From positions 1 to 38,768 of the forward strand of contig MEEC01000010.1 of the NCBI GenBank assembly GCA_001724315.1: a DNA stretch of 38,768 nt, in the 5' to 3' direction. The first letter of the stretch is position 1; every line of letters begins with the position of its first letter. Made by a program: the position numbers and the translations under genes. The notes beneath the pieces are model-generated. The model searched no databases and had not been told where the DNA came from. It worked only from the letters and a program-made list of their open reading frames with translations. Shown one piece after another: positions 1 to 9,834 of the stretch. Origin of the DNA: Lautropia sp. SCN 70-15. Lineage in GTDB: Bacteria; Pseudomonadota; Gammaproteobacteria; Burkholderiales; Burkholderiaceae_E.

Positions 1-286
1 CCGGCAACTCGGCGGACAGGCTCGAGTGTCGCAGCAGCCTTGACGGAGCCACCGTTATGACGGGCTTGCGGCGCAGGAAGCCGCCGAGATCCTCGGCGAA
101 GTGGCGGGCGAATGCGGCGTGGACACGCTCCAGGGCCGGCATCCGGCTGCGTGCGTCGCGCGGCTGGCCAGCGAGGTCGTAGGGACGCACGCCTTCCGGC
201 CCCGGGACTGGTGCGGGAGCGGCGTCGGGCCCGATGCCATCGAGAAGGGCGTCGACCTCGTCCTTGGACAGGAACTTGTCGCTCAC
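1..286 (-). CDS. fliM: Flagellar motor switch protein FliM, N-terminal part (runs off the window edge)
   Basis: Not in the ORF track. My translation from the GTG at 286 gives MSDKFLSKDEVDALLDGIGPDAAPAPVPGPEGVRPYDLAGQPRDARSRMPALERVHAAFARHF..., matching the FliM LSQxEIDALL, VRPYD and RMPxLE motifs. Lies directly downstream of fliL. Confidence 0.9.
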   Translation of the reverse strand, partial: MSDKFLSKDEVDALLDGIGPDAAPAPVPGPEGVRPYDLAGQPRDARSRMPALERVHAAFARHFAEDLGGFLRRKPVITVAPSRLLRHSSLSAELP

Positions 287-320
287 GCTTGCCCCGGCGC
301 TATCCGCTCGCGTGCGCCGC

Positions 321-839
321 TCATTGGATGATGAAATGGGAGAAGTGAACGGCCCTGACCGGGTTCGGACGATCGAGCCGCGGCTGCGCCTGGCCGGTCA
401 CGGACGGCTGCGATGCAGCCGGGCTCCATCCGGCCTGTGCGCCACCGATCTCGGCGATCCGCGAAGCGAGGCGGGCCTTGCCCGGCACGCTCAGCAGATC
501 ACTGGCCCGCATCGACGAGATCTCCAGCAGGATCGCATTGCGCAAGGCCGGCATGCGGGTCTTCAGGTTCGCCTCGGTAGCGGATGACGCGACTTCCAGC
601 GTGACGGCGATCTGCGCGAATCGCTCGCCGCCGTCATCTGCGAGGTTGACCGTGAACTGCTCGAGCGGCAGGAAGATCGAGGGTTGGCTGGCGTGTTCCG
701 CCGACGGGTCGGCCTTCGACGACATCAGATACCACCCGCCGGCTGACGCTCCGGCGACGAGCACCACGGCGGCAATGGCAATGATCAGACCCTTGCCGCG
801 CTTGGCAGCGGCCTTGGGCACGGCGTCCTTGTCCGACAT
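321..839 (-). CDS. fliL: Flagellar basal body-associated protein FliL
   Basis: 172 aa with one N-terminal TM helix (LIIAIAAVVLVAGASAGGWY), FLPLEQFTVNL, MPALRNAILL and C-terminal VHFSHFIIQ; lies between fliK and fliM. Confidence 0.95.
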   Translation of the reverse strand: MSDKDAVPKAAAKRGKGLIIAIAAVVLVAGASAGGWYLMSSKADPSAEHASQPSIFLPLEQFTVNLADDGGERFAQIAVTLEVASSATEANLKTRMPALRNAILLEISSMRASDLLSVPGKARLASRIAEIGGAQAGWSPAASQPSVTGQAQPRLDRPNPVRAVHFSHFIIQ

Positions 840-891
840 GAACCTTCCTGCGACGAATGAAGCGGTCAGCCATCGGCCGACGCTGCACTCG

Positions 892-952
892 ATTCTCCGA
901 GGAGGGCGGGCCGCCCGATCGCGGGAAAAGCGCGGCAGGAGTCGCGCAATTC
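892..952 (-). promoter_or_regulatory. Class II (FlhDC-dependent) promoter of fliL-fliM
   Basis: Minus strand reads GAATTGCG-N12-CGCTTTTC followed by a GAGAAT -10-like hexamer, with similar spacing to the fliF, flhB and flgB upstream sites. Confidence 0.55.
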
Positions 953-980
953 GGGCGCTCGACCCTCCGGCGGCGCGGAC

Positions 981-2339
981 TCAGGCGTAAAGGTCGAGGC
1001 CACCGGGGCGCCAGGCCGGGTGCGGGCGATCTGCGGCGGGGAACCGATCGTCCGTCGCGCTGTGGCGCGTGCCGGGGGATCGATGAGGATCGGCGCCACC
1101 GGGGTGTCGGTGCGACGGAGCCTGCTGGAACTCCCGGCCACCCCGACCGTCCGAAACCTGAGCGTCGGCGAGCAGCAGCCCGCTGCCGGCGAGCATTTCG
1201 CGAAGCACGGGCAGGGACTGCTCGATCGCTGCCCGGGTGTCCGGTTGCAGCGCGGCGAACGTGACCCGGGTGTTGTCGCCGTCCACGGTCAGCTCGATCA
1301 GGACGGGGCCCATCTCCTGGGGCTGCAGCCGAATCTCCGCGCGACCGATGCCCGCCAGGACGAGTGCGCCGACCTCGTTCGCGAAGGCCTGCGGGAAAGC
1401 CGGCAGGCCGATCGGGACAGCGACCGAGGCGCTGCGCGTCGGATGGGCACTGATCGCGGTCGCCGCTGAAGTGTGAGGGTTGGCGGCAGGCACGACGAGC
1501 AGTCCGGGAGAGGCCGGGCCGGCGGCTCGCGACGCCGCATCGGTGATCGGGATGCGAGGCTCCACCCCGGACGGCTCGATCGAGACCGCTTCCCCTGGCG
1601 CGGATTCGGCCTTCTCAGCATCGACAGTCGCGTCGGCATCGACCGCGCCCGACGACCTGGGCGTCGCATCGCTCCGCGCCGTGCCGATGAGCGCGGCCGC
1701 CCGTGCCTCGCCAGGGCGGCCGCGCAACGCCATTCCGGCCGTTCGCAGGTCGCCGGCATCGCCGTCTTCGGCGTGGCCGGCTCCGCGTCCGGCAGTTTCG
1801 CCACCAGCCTGGGTCAGGGCGGGGCCGAGCTTGTTCCCGGCGCCGCTTGCCTGAGGTTCGGCAGAGACCGCGCCGTCGTCGGCATCGTCGGTGCTCGATC
1901 CGGTGTGCGCGTCACCGCCGGGCGAGGGCGCCGGTTTCGCGTTTCCGAGACATGGAGCGCACGGCGCAGGAATCGCGACCTCGGCCGGCTCGCTGTCGGA
2001 GTCGGCCTCTCCGGTCCGGCTGCCTGCCCTCGACCGATCGGTTCGCGATGTCTCGCCGTCGCGGACTTCGGCGTGAGCGCGGGCCCGCACCTGTTCCGGG
2101 CCTTCCTTTTCGGCTACCTCTTCCCGGTCTGGAGCGGCCGGAGGCCGCGCCGATGCGGGCGAACCGGACGCGCGCCGCGCCGCTGACATCGCAGCCTCGA
2201 ACGATGGTTCGCTTCCATCTGCGCTGCCCCTTGCGTACGCTGCGCCGTCGGCGGGGGGCTCGACGCGGCTGGCGGCTGGTCTGCCGGCCGTCGGAGAAGG
2301 CGACGTCCCGCGGAGCGGGTCCAGCATCTCAGGAGTCAT
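981..2339 (-). CDS. fliK: Flagellar hook-length control protein FliK
   Basis: Low-complexity Ala/Pro/Ser/Gly/Asp N-terminal region plus C-terminal T3S4 domain (AEIRLQPQEMGPV...TRAAIEQSLPVLREML...GLLL) and GGLDLYA end. Start placed at ATG 2339, overlapping the fliJ end; the ORF track extends to 2561. Confidence 0.9.
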   Translation of the reverse strand: MTPEMLDPLRGTSPSPTAGRPAASRVEPPADGAAYARGSADGSEPSFEAAMSAARRASGSPASARPPAAPDREEVAEKEGPEQVRARAHAEVRDGETSRTDRSRAGSRTGEADSDSEPAEVAIPAPCAPCLGNAKPAPSPGGDAHTGSSTDDADDGAVSAEPQASGAGNKLGPALTQAGGETAGRGAGHAEDGDAGDLRTAGMALRGRPGEARAAALIGTARSDATPRSSGAVDADATVDAEKAESAPGEAVSIEPSGVEPRIPITDAASRAAGPASPGLLVVPAANPHTSAATAISAHPTRSASVAVPIGLPAFPQAFANEVGALVLAGIGRAEIRLQPQEMGPVLIELTVDGDNTRVTFAALQPDTRAAIEQSLPVLREMLAGSGLLLADAQVSDGRGGREFQQAPSHRHPGGADPHRSPGTRHSATDDRFPAADRPHPAWRPGGLDLYA

Positions 2340-2781
2340 GGTTTGAACGGCTTGTTCGCCGCGAGATGGCCTGCGCAGCCAGTTCGTCAGTCTGTCGCTG
2401 ATCCGCCCGCCTGGCTGTTGCCAGCCGGGCATCCTCGCGACGCTGCTGCAGAGTTTCGAACGCCAGCAGCCGGCGCTGTCGCTCGAGAAGCTCGGCCTTT
2501 CGCTCGTCGGCCAGTGTCGCCAGCCTGTCGCGCTGCCGGGACTGCTCGTCGATCGCCGCATCGAGCCTGCGCGTGAATTGCTCGCGCACCCCGATCAGCG
2601 CGGCGTCGAAGGTGGCGCCGGCGCGGCTGCGCTCGAGTTGTTCGTCCCGGTAGCTGGCAAGCAGGTCGAGGGTCTGCCCGGCCTTGTCCGCTTCGCCGCA
2701 CGCACCGGCGGCTCGCGTGGCGGCGTCGTCGCGAACGCGGCGCGCGTGCTCGATCAGCTGGGCAAGGACGCGCCGCTTCAT
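2329..2781 (-). CDS. fliJ: Flagellar export protein FliJ
   Basis: 150-aa coiled coil ([10 protein letters not shown]...[12 protein letters not shown]...DQRQTDELA); ATGA overlap with the fliI stop. Confidence 0.9.
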   Translation of the reverse strand: MKRRVLAQLIEHARRVRDDAATRAAGACGEADKAGQTLDLLASYRDEQLERSRAGATFDAALIGVREQFTRRLDAAIDEQSRQRDRLATLADERKAELLERQRRLLAFETLQQRREDARLATARRADQRQTDELAAQAISRRTSRSNHDS

Positions 2782-4220
2782 GCGTTGGCCGCTGCGCCGG
2801 CCGGCGCCCCGTTCGCCGCGAGCACGAGCCTTGTCAGCGCCTGGGCCGACGCCGGCAGGTCGCATCGCTCGTCGAGATCCTGCTGCAGGAATCTCAGGAT
2901 GTTCGGGAACAGCGCGATCGCGAGGTCGGTTTCAGCATCGCTGCCCGGAACGTAGGCGCCCACCGAGATGAGGTCGCGGCTGCGCTGGTAGTGCGACCAG
3001 AGAGACTTGAGCCGGCGTGCCTGGACGATCTGCTGGGCATCGACGACGTTGGCCATGACGCGGGATATCGATTGCTCAACGTCGATCGCAGGGTAGTGCC
3101 CGGCATCGGCGAGCGGCCGCGACAGCACGAGATGCCCGTCGAGGAAGGAACGCGCCGCATCGGCGACCGGGTCCTGTGGATCGTCGCCCTCGGTGAGCAC
3201 GGTGTAGAAGGCAGTGATCGAGCCGTGCCCGTTCAAGCCGTTGCCGGTGCGCTCGATCAGGGACGGCAGCCTCGCGAAGACCGACGGGGGATAGCCTTTC
3301 GTTGCGGGTGGCTCGCCTACCGCGAGCGCCACTTCGCGTGCCGCCATCGCATAGCGGGTCAGGGAGTCCATCAGCAGGAGAACGTGTCTGCCCTGGTCCC
3401 GGAAGTGCTCCGCGATCGCGGTGGCGTACACCGCTCCCTGCATCCGGCTGAGTGGCGGTGCGTCGCTCGGGGCGGCCACCACCACCGACCGGCGCAGTCC
3501 GTCCTCCCCCAGGATGTCCTCGATGAACTCCTTCACCTCGCGCCCACGTTCGCCGATGAGGCCGAGCACGATCACGTCTGCGGAGGTGTAGCGTGCCATC
3601 ATGCCCAGCAGCACGCTCTTGCCTACGCCTGCCCCGGCGAACAGACCGAGCCGCTGCCCCCGCCCCACGGTGAGCATCGCGTTGATCGCGCGGACACCGG
3701 TGTCGAGCGGCTGGCGTATCGGTTCGCGCTCCATGGCGTTTACCGGCCGGCCGCTGATCGGACGGCGCTCGACCTTGCCGAGCGCGCCGTGCCGGTCGAG
3801 CGGCGCGCCGCTCGAGTCCACGACACGACCGAGCAGCCCGTCGCCGATCGGGAGCCGGCGCATCCGGTCCGTCACGCGCAGCCAGGCGTGCGATGGCTGG
3901 CCGAGGCGAGGCGCGCGGATCGCCGGCTCGATCGGGAGGACCCTCGCGCCCGGCGACAGGCCAAGCGTCTCGCCGGTCGGCATGAGGTACAGCCGGCCTT
4001 CTCCGAAGCCGACGACCTCTGCCTCGACCATGGAGACGTCGGAGCCGCTTCCCGCCTGCGAGACCAGGCAGAGGCTGCCAACCGGAAGGCGCAGCCCCGA
4101 GCACTCGAGCACCAGGCCGGTGGCCCGGATAAGGCATCCCTGAACCTCGTAGGGCGCTGCCACCGCGAGAAGCTTGCGGTGATTCTCGAACAGCGTCGAC
4201 CAGGCCGGCGGCATGCTCAT
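2778..4220 (-). CDS. fliI: Flagellum-specific ATPase FliI
   Basis: Walker [18 protein letters not shown], Walker [29 protein letters not shown]. Confidence 0.98.
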   Translation of the reverse strand: MSMPPAWSTLFENHRKLLAVAAPYEVQGCLIRATGLVLECSGLRLPVGSLCLVSQAGSGSDVSMVEAEVVGFGEGRLYLMPTGETLGLSPGARVLPIEPAIRAPRLGQPSHAWLRVTDRMRRLPIGDGLLGRVVDSSGAPLDRHGALGKVERRPISGRPVNAMEREPIRQPLDTGVRAINAMLTVGRGQRLGLFAGAGVGKSVLLGMMARYTSADVIVLGLIGERGREVKEFIEDILGEDGLRRSVVVAAPSDAPPLSRMQGAVYATAIAEHFRDQGRHVLLLMDSLTRYAMAAREVALAVGEPPATKGYPPSVFARLPSLIERTGNGLNGHGSITAFYTVLTEGDDPQDPVADAARSFLDGHLVLSRPLADAGHYPAIDVEQSISRVMANVVDAQQIVQARRLKSLWSHYQRSRDLISVGAYVPGSDAETDLAIALFPNILRFLQQDLDERCDLPASAQALTRLVLAANGAPAGAAANA

Positions 4221-5038
4221 CCGTCGCTGTCCCTGCCGGCCGGAATGCTGAAGTCATCGGCTCGCCCGATTGCCGCAAGCACGCGTCGCCATCGGGTCTC
4301 CAGCGTCGCATCCACTGACGCGCGCGGCGTCTCGATCAGGCATCCGCCAGGTTGGACGTCGGTATCCGGCACGATCTCGCACATGCGGGCACCGAGCCGC
4401 TCGCCGAGTTCGCTGCGCACCAGATCGGCATCGGAGGGGTTCAGATGCAGGTGGACCCGCACGCTGTCGTCGACGAGGCTCGCCAGCGCCTCCTGAACGA
4501 CGGCGAGGATCGATGAGCGGTCGTGGGCAAGCGAGGCGCGAACCACTTGTCGGGCGACGTCGAGGGCGAGCCTGACGACCTCGTCGGCTGCCTCGCGCTC
4601 GACCTGCGCAAAGCTCGCCTGAAGCGCGCTGGAGAGTGCCTCCACCCGTACGGCCAGCGTGATCCCCGCCGCTTCCTCTGCCCGTCGGCGCTCTGCTGCG
4701 GCGTGCTGGACGCCCGCTTCGAAACCGCGCTTCATGCCGTCGGCGAAGCCGGCGTCGCGGCCCGCCCGGTAGCCGGCCTCGTAGCCTTCCTGGTCGATCG
4801 GGCCGAACCCGTCGTCAAAGCGACCGAACGGCGAGTTCGATTCGTGCTGCGCGGGCGCAGCGCTGCCGACGTTGCGCGGCGCGCCGGGGTCTCGCTCGAG
4901 CTCGTGCATCGTGAACGGGACGCACCCGTGGAGCCGCTCCGAGGCGATGATCCTGCTTGTCGGGCGCTGGGTGCCCGGGGACGGGCCGGCGCCGGCGTGC
5001 CCCTCGGCACGGCGCTTGACAGTGTCAGAGGAATGCAT
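4217..5038 (-). CDS. fliH: Flagellar assembly protein FliH
   Basis: GxxxG repeats ([25 protein letters not shown]), HLNPSD and GGCLIET motifs. ATG 5038 has GGAGG upstream; GTG 5047 is an alternative start. Confidence 0.93.
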   Translation of the reverse strand: MHSSDTVKRRAEGHAGAGPSPGTQRPTSRIIASERLHGCVPFTMHELERDPGAPRNVGSAAPAQHESNSPFGRFDDGFGPIDQEGYEAGYRAGRDAGFADGMKRGFEAGVQHAAAERRRAEEAAGITLAVRVEALSSALQASFAQVEREAADEVVRLALDVARQVVRASLAHDRSSILAVVQEALASLVDDSVRVHLHLNPSDADLVRSELGERLGARMCEIVPDTDVQPGGCLIETPRASVDATLETRWRRVLAAIGRADDFSIPAGRDSDG

Positions 5039-6017
5039 CAGCGCCACCTCCCAGTGCGATCTGGCCTTCGTCGGCGAGGCGCTTGGCGATCTTCAGGATT
5101 TCCTTCTGCTGGGCCTCGACTTCGACGATGCGCACGGGTCCGCGGGACTCCAGGTCGTCGCGCAGGGTCTCGGCGGCCCGCTGGCTCATGTTGCGGAAGA
5201 TCCTTTCCCGCAGAGCCGGGTCGGCGCCCTTCAGCGCCACGATGAGCATGTCGCCGGCCACTTCGCGCAGCAGCGATTGCAGGCTCCTGTCGTCGAGCCG
5301 TTCGAGATCGTCGAAGGTGAACATCTGCTCGGCGATGCGGTCGGCGAGTTCAGGATTTGCTTCGCGGATTCGCTCGATCGCGCCGACCTCCGCGCCCGGG
5401 CCCAGCAAGGTCATGATTTCGGCCGCCGCCTTGCTGCCGCCCAAGCTCGGCCGCTTGCTCGCCTTGCCGCCGGCCAGCAAGCGGTTGAGCGCCTCGTCGA
5501 GCTCGCGCAGTGCGCCCGGCTGGATGCCGTCGAGCGTGGCGATCCGCAGCAGGACTTCGCCGCGCAGCGCCTCGGGGAAGTGCCCGAGGATCGCCGACGC
5601 ATGCTCGCGCTCGAGGTGTGCCAGGATCGAGGCGAGTATCTGGGGGTGCTCGTCGGCTACGAGATCAGCGACCGACCGGGCGTCCATCCACTTCAGGCTT
5701 TCGATCCCCGAGCTGCCGCCTTCACGCACGATGCGCTCGATCAGCAAGCTCGCGCGGTCCTCGCCCAGCGCCCGCTGGAGCACAGATCTCACGTAGGCTC
5801 CGGAGTCCGCGACAAGCGGATCGACCGCCGCGGCCTCGGTGTGAAACTTGCCGAGGACCTCCTGAAGCTTCTCGTGGCTGGTGCCTCGGGTGCGGGCCAT
5901 GACTTCCCCGAGCCGCTCGGCCTCCTTCGGGCCGAGGTGGCGGAACACCTCCGAGGCGGCTTCCTCGCCGAGCGCCATCAGCAGGATCGCGCTGTCGGCA
6001 AGGCCTTGCTCGTTCAC
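5025..6017 (-). CDS. fliG: Flagellar motor switch protein FliG
   Basis: AILLMALGEE, EHPQ, LGG, MFTF and RNMSQRAAE..DD..RGPVR torque-helix motifs. Confidence 0.97.
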   Translation of the reverse strand: MNEQGLADSAILLMALGEEAASEVFRHLGPKEAERLGEVMARTRGTSHEKLQEVLGKFHTEAAAVDPLVADSGAYVRSVLQRALGEDRASLLIERIVREGGSSGIESLKWMDARSVADLVADEHPQILASILAHLEREHASAILGHFPEALRGEVLLRIATLDGIQPGALRELDEALNRLLAGGKASKRPSLGGSKAAAEIMTLLGPGAEVGAIERIREANPELADRIAEQMFTFDDLERLDDRSLQSLLREVAGDMLIVALKGADPALRERIFRNMSQRAAETLRDDLESRGPVRIVEVEAQQKEILKIAKRLADEGQIALGGGADAFL

Positions 6018-6020
6018 GCG

Positions 6021-7682
6021 TCAGGCCCTCCCGGATTCGACGCCGACCCAGCTGCGCACGACGCCCGCGACCGCGGCAGGGTTCTGCCTCGCGAGCCGGA
6101 CGACCTCGTCGCGGGAAACCCGTGAAGCGCCCTGCGGTACGTCTACCGGCGGCGGGATCTGAAGGGGGTCGTCGACACGGGCGGAGATCCGCGGCGACGG
6201 GGCGCGGGCCATGGCCTTCAGCGCCGGACGGACCAGCGCGAACACCACGATGAGCGCCAGCAGAACCAGCGAGAAATACTTGCCGACATCCCGCGCGAGA
6301 GCGACGGTTTCGGGCTGCTGCCAGATCGGAAGCGACATCTCGGGCGGCGTCTCGACTTCGGTGAATGGCACGTTGACTACGTTCAGAGAGTCGCCGCGCT
6401 CCCGATTGAATCCCATGGCCTCGCGCACGAGGGCGTTGACCTTCTCGAGCTCTGCGTCGGAAAGCGGCGTCGACGCCGGCTTGCCCGAGTCGTCGATGCC
6501 GCGGCGATGGTTGACGACGACTGCCCCGCTCAGGCGGCGGATCGTGCCGGCCGCATTGCGCACGACCCGAACCGTCTTGTCGACTTCGTAGTTGGTGACC
6601 TGCTCGCGACGCCCGGCGGACACCCCGGTGGATTGCGCCGCCGCGCCCTGCATCGGCTGGGCCTTTCCATTGATCGGCGCGCTTGCCGGCGCAGCAGGCT
6701 GGTTCGACAGCGCGCCCGGCACGCCTTGCGCATTGGCGGCGTCGCGGCTGCCGGACTCGAGCACCTGCATGCTGCGCACCGCTGCCGGCTCGTTGCCCTG
6801 GTTTGGCCGGTATTGCTCGGCGGTGGACTCGCTTTGAGTGAAGTCGACGTCGGCGGTGACTTGGGCCCGGACGTTGCCGGCGCCGACGATCGGCTCCAGG
6901 ATGTCGAGCACGCGTTGGCTGAGGACGGCCTCTATCCTGCGCACGTGGTCGAGTTGGGCCGAGTCGAGTCCGCCGGGTCGCGGCGCGTCGCTCGACGAGA
7001 GCAGGGTCCCGGTGTGGTCGATGACGCTCACCTGGGGCGGCGCGAGATTGGGGACAGAGGACGCGACCAGGTGAACGATCCCGGCGATCTGAGTGCGGTC
7101 AAGGCTGCGCCCGGGGTGTACGCCGACCACCACCGACGCCGACGGCTTCGACTGCTCCCGGAGGAATCCGTTCTGTGCCGGGAGGGCCAGATGGACCCGC
7201 GCACTCTGCACGACCGCCAGCGACTGGATCGAGCGCGCGAGCTCCCCTTCGAGGCCGCGCTGGAAGTTCAGTCGCTCCTGGAACTGGGTGACGCCGAACT
7301 TCTGGCCCTCCAGAAGCTCGAAGCCCACTATGCCGCCACGAGGCAGCCCCTGGGAAGCCAGCCGCAGCCGCGTGTCGTGGACTCGTTCCTCGGGAACGAG
7401 GATCGCCGCGCCGCCAGGCGCGAAGCGGTAGGGAACGCTCATTTGCGACAGCGACGCGATCACCGCGCCGCCGTCCTTATCGGACAAGTTCGAGAAGAGC
7501 ACCCGATATTCCGGCTGGCCCGCCCAGAACAGGGGCGCCGCGACGATCGCGGCCAGCGCGGCCAGGCCGATCACCCCGCCGACGAGGGTACGCCTTGGCA
7601 CGCGACCAAGCAGGCCGGGGCCTGGCTGGCCGGCCTCGCCCCGGGCGATGGGAATGGGTTCGTTCCGCGTGAGCGCATCCAT
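6021..7682 (-). CDS. fliF: Flagellar M-ring protein FliF
   Basis: YRVLFSNLSDKDGG, GFELLEGQKFGVTQFQE, ARVHLALP, GVPGALSNQP, NYEVDK; two TM segments. Confidence 0.98.
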   Translation of the reverse strand: MDALTRNEPIPIARGEAGQPGPGLLGRVPRRTLVGGVIGLAALAAIVAAPLFWAGQPEYRVLFSNLSDKDGGAVIASLSQMSVPYRFAPGGAAILVPEERVHDTRLRLASQGLPRGGIVGFELLEGQKFGVTQFQERLNFQRGLEGELARSIQSLAVVQSARVHLALPAQNGFLREQSKPSASVVVGVHPGRSLDRTQIAGIVHLVASSVPNLAPPQVSVIDHTGTLLSSSDAPRPGGLDSAQLDHVRRIEAVLSQRVLDILEPIVGAGNVRAQVTADVDFTQSESTAEQYRPNQGNEPAAVRSMQVLESGSRDAANAQGVPGALSNQPAAPASAPINGKAQPMQGAAAQSTGVSAGRREQVTNYEVDKTVRVVRNAAGTIRRLSGAVVVNHRRGIDDSGKPASTPLSDAELEKVNALVREAMGFNRERGDSLNVVNVPFTEVETPPEMSLPIWQQPETVALARDVGKYFSLVLLALIVVFALVRPALKAMARAPSPRISARVDDPLQIPPPVDVPQGASRVSRDEVVRLARQNPAAVAGVVRSWVGVESGRA

Positions 7683-7687
7683 CCTTT

Positions 7688-7748
7688 TATTATTCGCGCT
7701 GCCGCATCGAAGGGATGCATCAAATAGCGGGTGCGGATGCCGCTATTT
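7688..7748. promoter_or_regulatory. FlhDC box and divergent class II promoters of fliF and fliE
   Basis: AAATAGCG (7722-7729)-N11-CGCTATTT (7741-7748), a perfect inverted repeat matching the core of the enterobacterial FlhD4C2 consensus as I recall it; AATAAT -10 on the minus strand toward fliF. Confidence 0.8.
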
Positions 7749-7834
7749 CGCGCTTGGCCTGAATGCCGGCGGTGCGAGGATTCCGAATCGGCCGCGCCAC
7801 CGGTCCGGCCGGGGCGCTCTCACGAGGGAAAGAC

Positions 7835-8149
7835 ATGGACGTACGCATCGCGCCAGCGGTCACCGCGATCGCCCAGGGCGCGGGGGCCTCCGCCTCCGCC
7901 TCGCCGGCACCCGGACAGGCCACAACCGCCGGCTTTTCCGATGCCCTGCGGAACGCGCTGCAGTCGGTCAGCGATCTGCAGCAACAGAGTTCGTCGCTCC
8001 AGGCCCAATTCCAGCTCGGCGCGAACCAGGTCAGCCTGGAGCAGACGATGGTCGCGATGCAGCGCTCGCAGGTTGCCTTCCAGGCGGCGGTGACCGTCCG
8101 CAATCGTCTGGTCTCTGCCTACACCGACATCATGAACATGCCCGTCTGA
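7835..8149 (+). CDS. fliE: Flagellar hook-basal body protein FliE
   Basis: FSDALRNALQSVS...VSLEQTMVAMQRSQVAFQAAVTVRNRLVSAYTDIMNMPV; ATG at 7835 after GAGGGAAA. Confidence 0.97.
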   Translation: MDVRIAPAVTAIAQGAGASASASPAPGQATTAGFSDALRNALQSVSDLQQQSSSLQAQFQLGANQVSLEQTMVAMQRSQVAFQAAVTVRNRLVSAYTDIMNMPV

Positions 8150-8170
8150 CAGGGCTGCGGCGCGGCGACG

Positions 8171-8950
8171 TCAGTCCGAGCGGAGCCGCTTTTCGATTCG
8201 GATCACGAGAATCTGGACCTGGCGTAGAACCTCTCCGGGCATGGGGCCGAAAGACAGGCCGACGAGGTGGGTGCGTTCGCCGACCGGGGTGATTCGCCTG
8301 ACCACCAGATCGCAGGGAATCGGGGTCTGGCGAGCCGTCTCGATTCGGCAACGCGTCCAGGTCTCGCCTGGGCTCGGCGGGGCCTTGTCATCCGCGACCA
8401 GGACGGACAGGCCGCCGGCGCTGATGTCACGGATCGTGTAGCTGGCTTCCGTGCCGGGCGCGAGGACTCTTACGCAGCGCGTGCCGTCGCTTGCCGGCGG
8501 GTGCACCCGAAAGGCGTCGCGCCGCTGGAGGCGGTGCAGGCGGCCGGGCAATCGTGCGCGCAGCGCGGGCCCATGCGTGTCGGTTGCCGGAAGCACCGAC
8601 AGTCCGCTCAGGTCGAACTGGATCTTGATCCTGTCCGGAAAGGCGACTCCGATCGCGTTCTGGCTGCGTCGCAGGACCGCTGCGAACTCGTCCTGTCCGG
8701 TGAGGTCGATCTCGACCTCGGCGTCGTCGACCTGCTCGATCGCGACGATCGCGAAACGTCGCCTGTCCGGCATCGCATAGAGCGTGACCAGCACGTGACG
8801 ACTGCGGAGATCGTCGATGATCGCGCGCACTGCGCGCCTGCCTTCCACCAGAAACTCGGCGGGCAGCCTGTCGGGGTCTTCCGGCTCGGTGCGCTCGTGC
8901 CAGGCGTCTGCCGGCGCCGTGGCTCGCGGGGAGGCATCCGGGCTATCCAT
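8171..8950 (-). CDS. ycgR: Flagellar brake protein YcgR family (PilZN + PilZ, c-di-GMP receptor)
   Basis: N-terminal YcgR domain (IKIQFDL), QRRDAFRV (RxxxR) and DISAGG (DxSxxG) c-di-GMP motifs. Confidence 0.88.
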   Translation of the reverse strand: MDSPDASPRATAPADAWHERTEPEDPDRLPAEFLVEGRRAVRAIIDDLRSRHVLVTLYAMPDRRRFAIVAIEQVDDAEVEIDLTGQDEFAAVLRRSQNAIGVAFPDRIKIQFDLSGLSVLPATDTHGPALRARLPGRLHRLQRRDAFRVHPPASDGTRCVRVLAPGTEASYTIRDISAGGLSVLVADDKAPPSPGETWTRCRIETARQTPIPCDLVVRRITPVGERTHLVGLSFGPMPGEVLRQVQILVIRIEKRLRSD

Positions 8951-8964
8951 GGCGTCGACTCGGC

Positions 8965-9315
8965 TCAGGGCCTCTCGGCTCGCTTCTGCGACGCGGCGTC
9001 GACACGGTGCTCGACCCTGCCGAAGAGGGCGTCCAGCGTCTGGCAGCCCGGACTGGCAAGGCGACGGATGTCGGCGTCCATGCGTAGCAGGCGGCGCGCG
9101 ATCACCAGTCTCTCTCTTCGCTGATCATGGCTGAGCGGCGAGCGCTCGAGCTCGGCCTGCAATCGATCTGCCAGCGACCGGATCGCCTGCTGCCGCAGTG
9201 CCACGCCATTCCAGTTCGCGGCCCGCGCCTCGCCGAGCATTTGCCGAGCCAAGGCCTCGATCTCGAGATATCGATCGAGCATGCCGCCGGAGCCTGCGTT
9301 GGCGTGGATCGACAT
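8965..9315 (-). CDS. fliT: Flagellar chaperone FliT
   Basis: YLEIEALARQMLGEARAANW...RRLLRMDADIRRLASP typical of FliT; follows fliS. Start is 9315 or 9282. Confidence 0.85.
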   Translation of the reverse strand: MSIHANAGSGGMLDRYLEIEALARQMLGEARAANWNGVALRQQAIRSLADRLQAELERSPLSHDQRRERLVIARRLLRMDADIRRLASPGCQTLDALFGRVEHRVDAASQKRAERP

Positions 9316-9335
9316 CGCGAGCAGCGCAGCGCGCG

Positions 9336-9749
9336 TCAGGCCGCCTGGCGAGCGCTGCGCGCTCCAGGGGCAATGCGGCGCCACGCGTCGCGCAGCTGCT
9401 CGAGCATCGCGGCCACCTCGGCGTAGCGGGCGTCATCGCCGCTGGAGTTGGCCGATAGCAGGCGATGGCTCATGTACTCGTAAAGAGCCTCGAGGTTCGC
9501 CGACAGTTCTCCGCCGCGGGGATCAAGGGAGGCCTTGAGGCCCTCGTCGAGCAGGCGCAGCGCGCGGGTAGTGGCCTCGCCGCGGGCTGCGGTTTCGCCG
9601 ACGCGCAAGGCGGCGCGGGCCCTGGCAACCGCGCCTATCACTCCGTCGAACAACATGCAGATCAGCGCGTGCGGGTCTGCCTGCGAGACCGATGTCTCGA
9701 GTTCCAGACCGCGGTATGCGCTGGCCGCCTGGCGTGGGTTCGCGTACAT
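9336..9749 (-). CDS. fliS: Flagellin chaperone FliS
   Basis: ADPHALICMLFDG, GLKASLD, GGELSANLEALYEYM, LRDAW. Confidence 0.97.
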   Translation of the reverse strand: MYANPRQAASAYRGLELETSVSQADPHALICMLFDGVIGAVARARAALRVGETAARGEATTRALRLLDEGLKASLDPRGGELSANLEALYEYMSHRLLSANSSGDDARYAEVAAMLEQLRDAWRRIAPGARSARQAA

Positions 9750-9783
9750 GATCGTGAATGGGGAAAGTTGATCGATGTCCCTT

Positions 9784-9810
9784 CTATCGGCCGGGGGCGA
9801 GCAGCCTTGA
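9784..9810 (-). promoter_or_regulatory. sigma28 (FliA) promoter of fliS-fliT-ycgR
   Basis: Minus strand TCAA-N15-GCCGATAG versus consensus TAAA-N15-GCCGATAA. Confidence 0.8.
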
Positions 9811-9834
9811 GACGCAGCCCGACGACCGGTCGGG

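Noticed and set aside
55-240. 61-aa minus-strand ORF in the track
   Set aside because: Wrong frame. The real gene here is fliM, starting at GTG 286.
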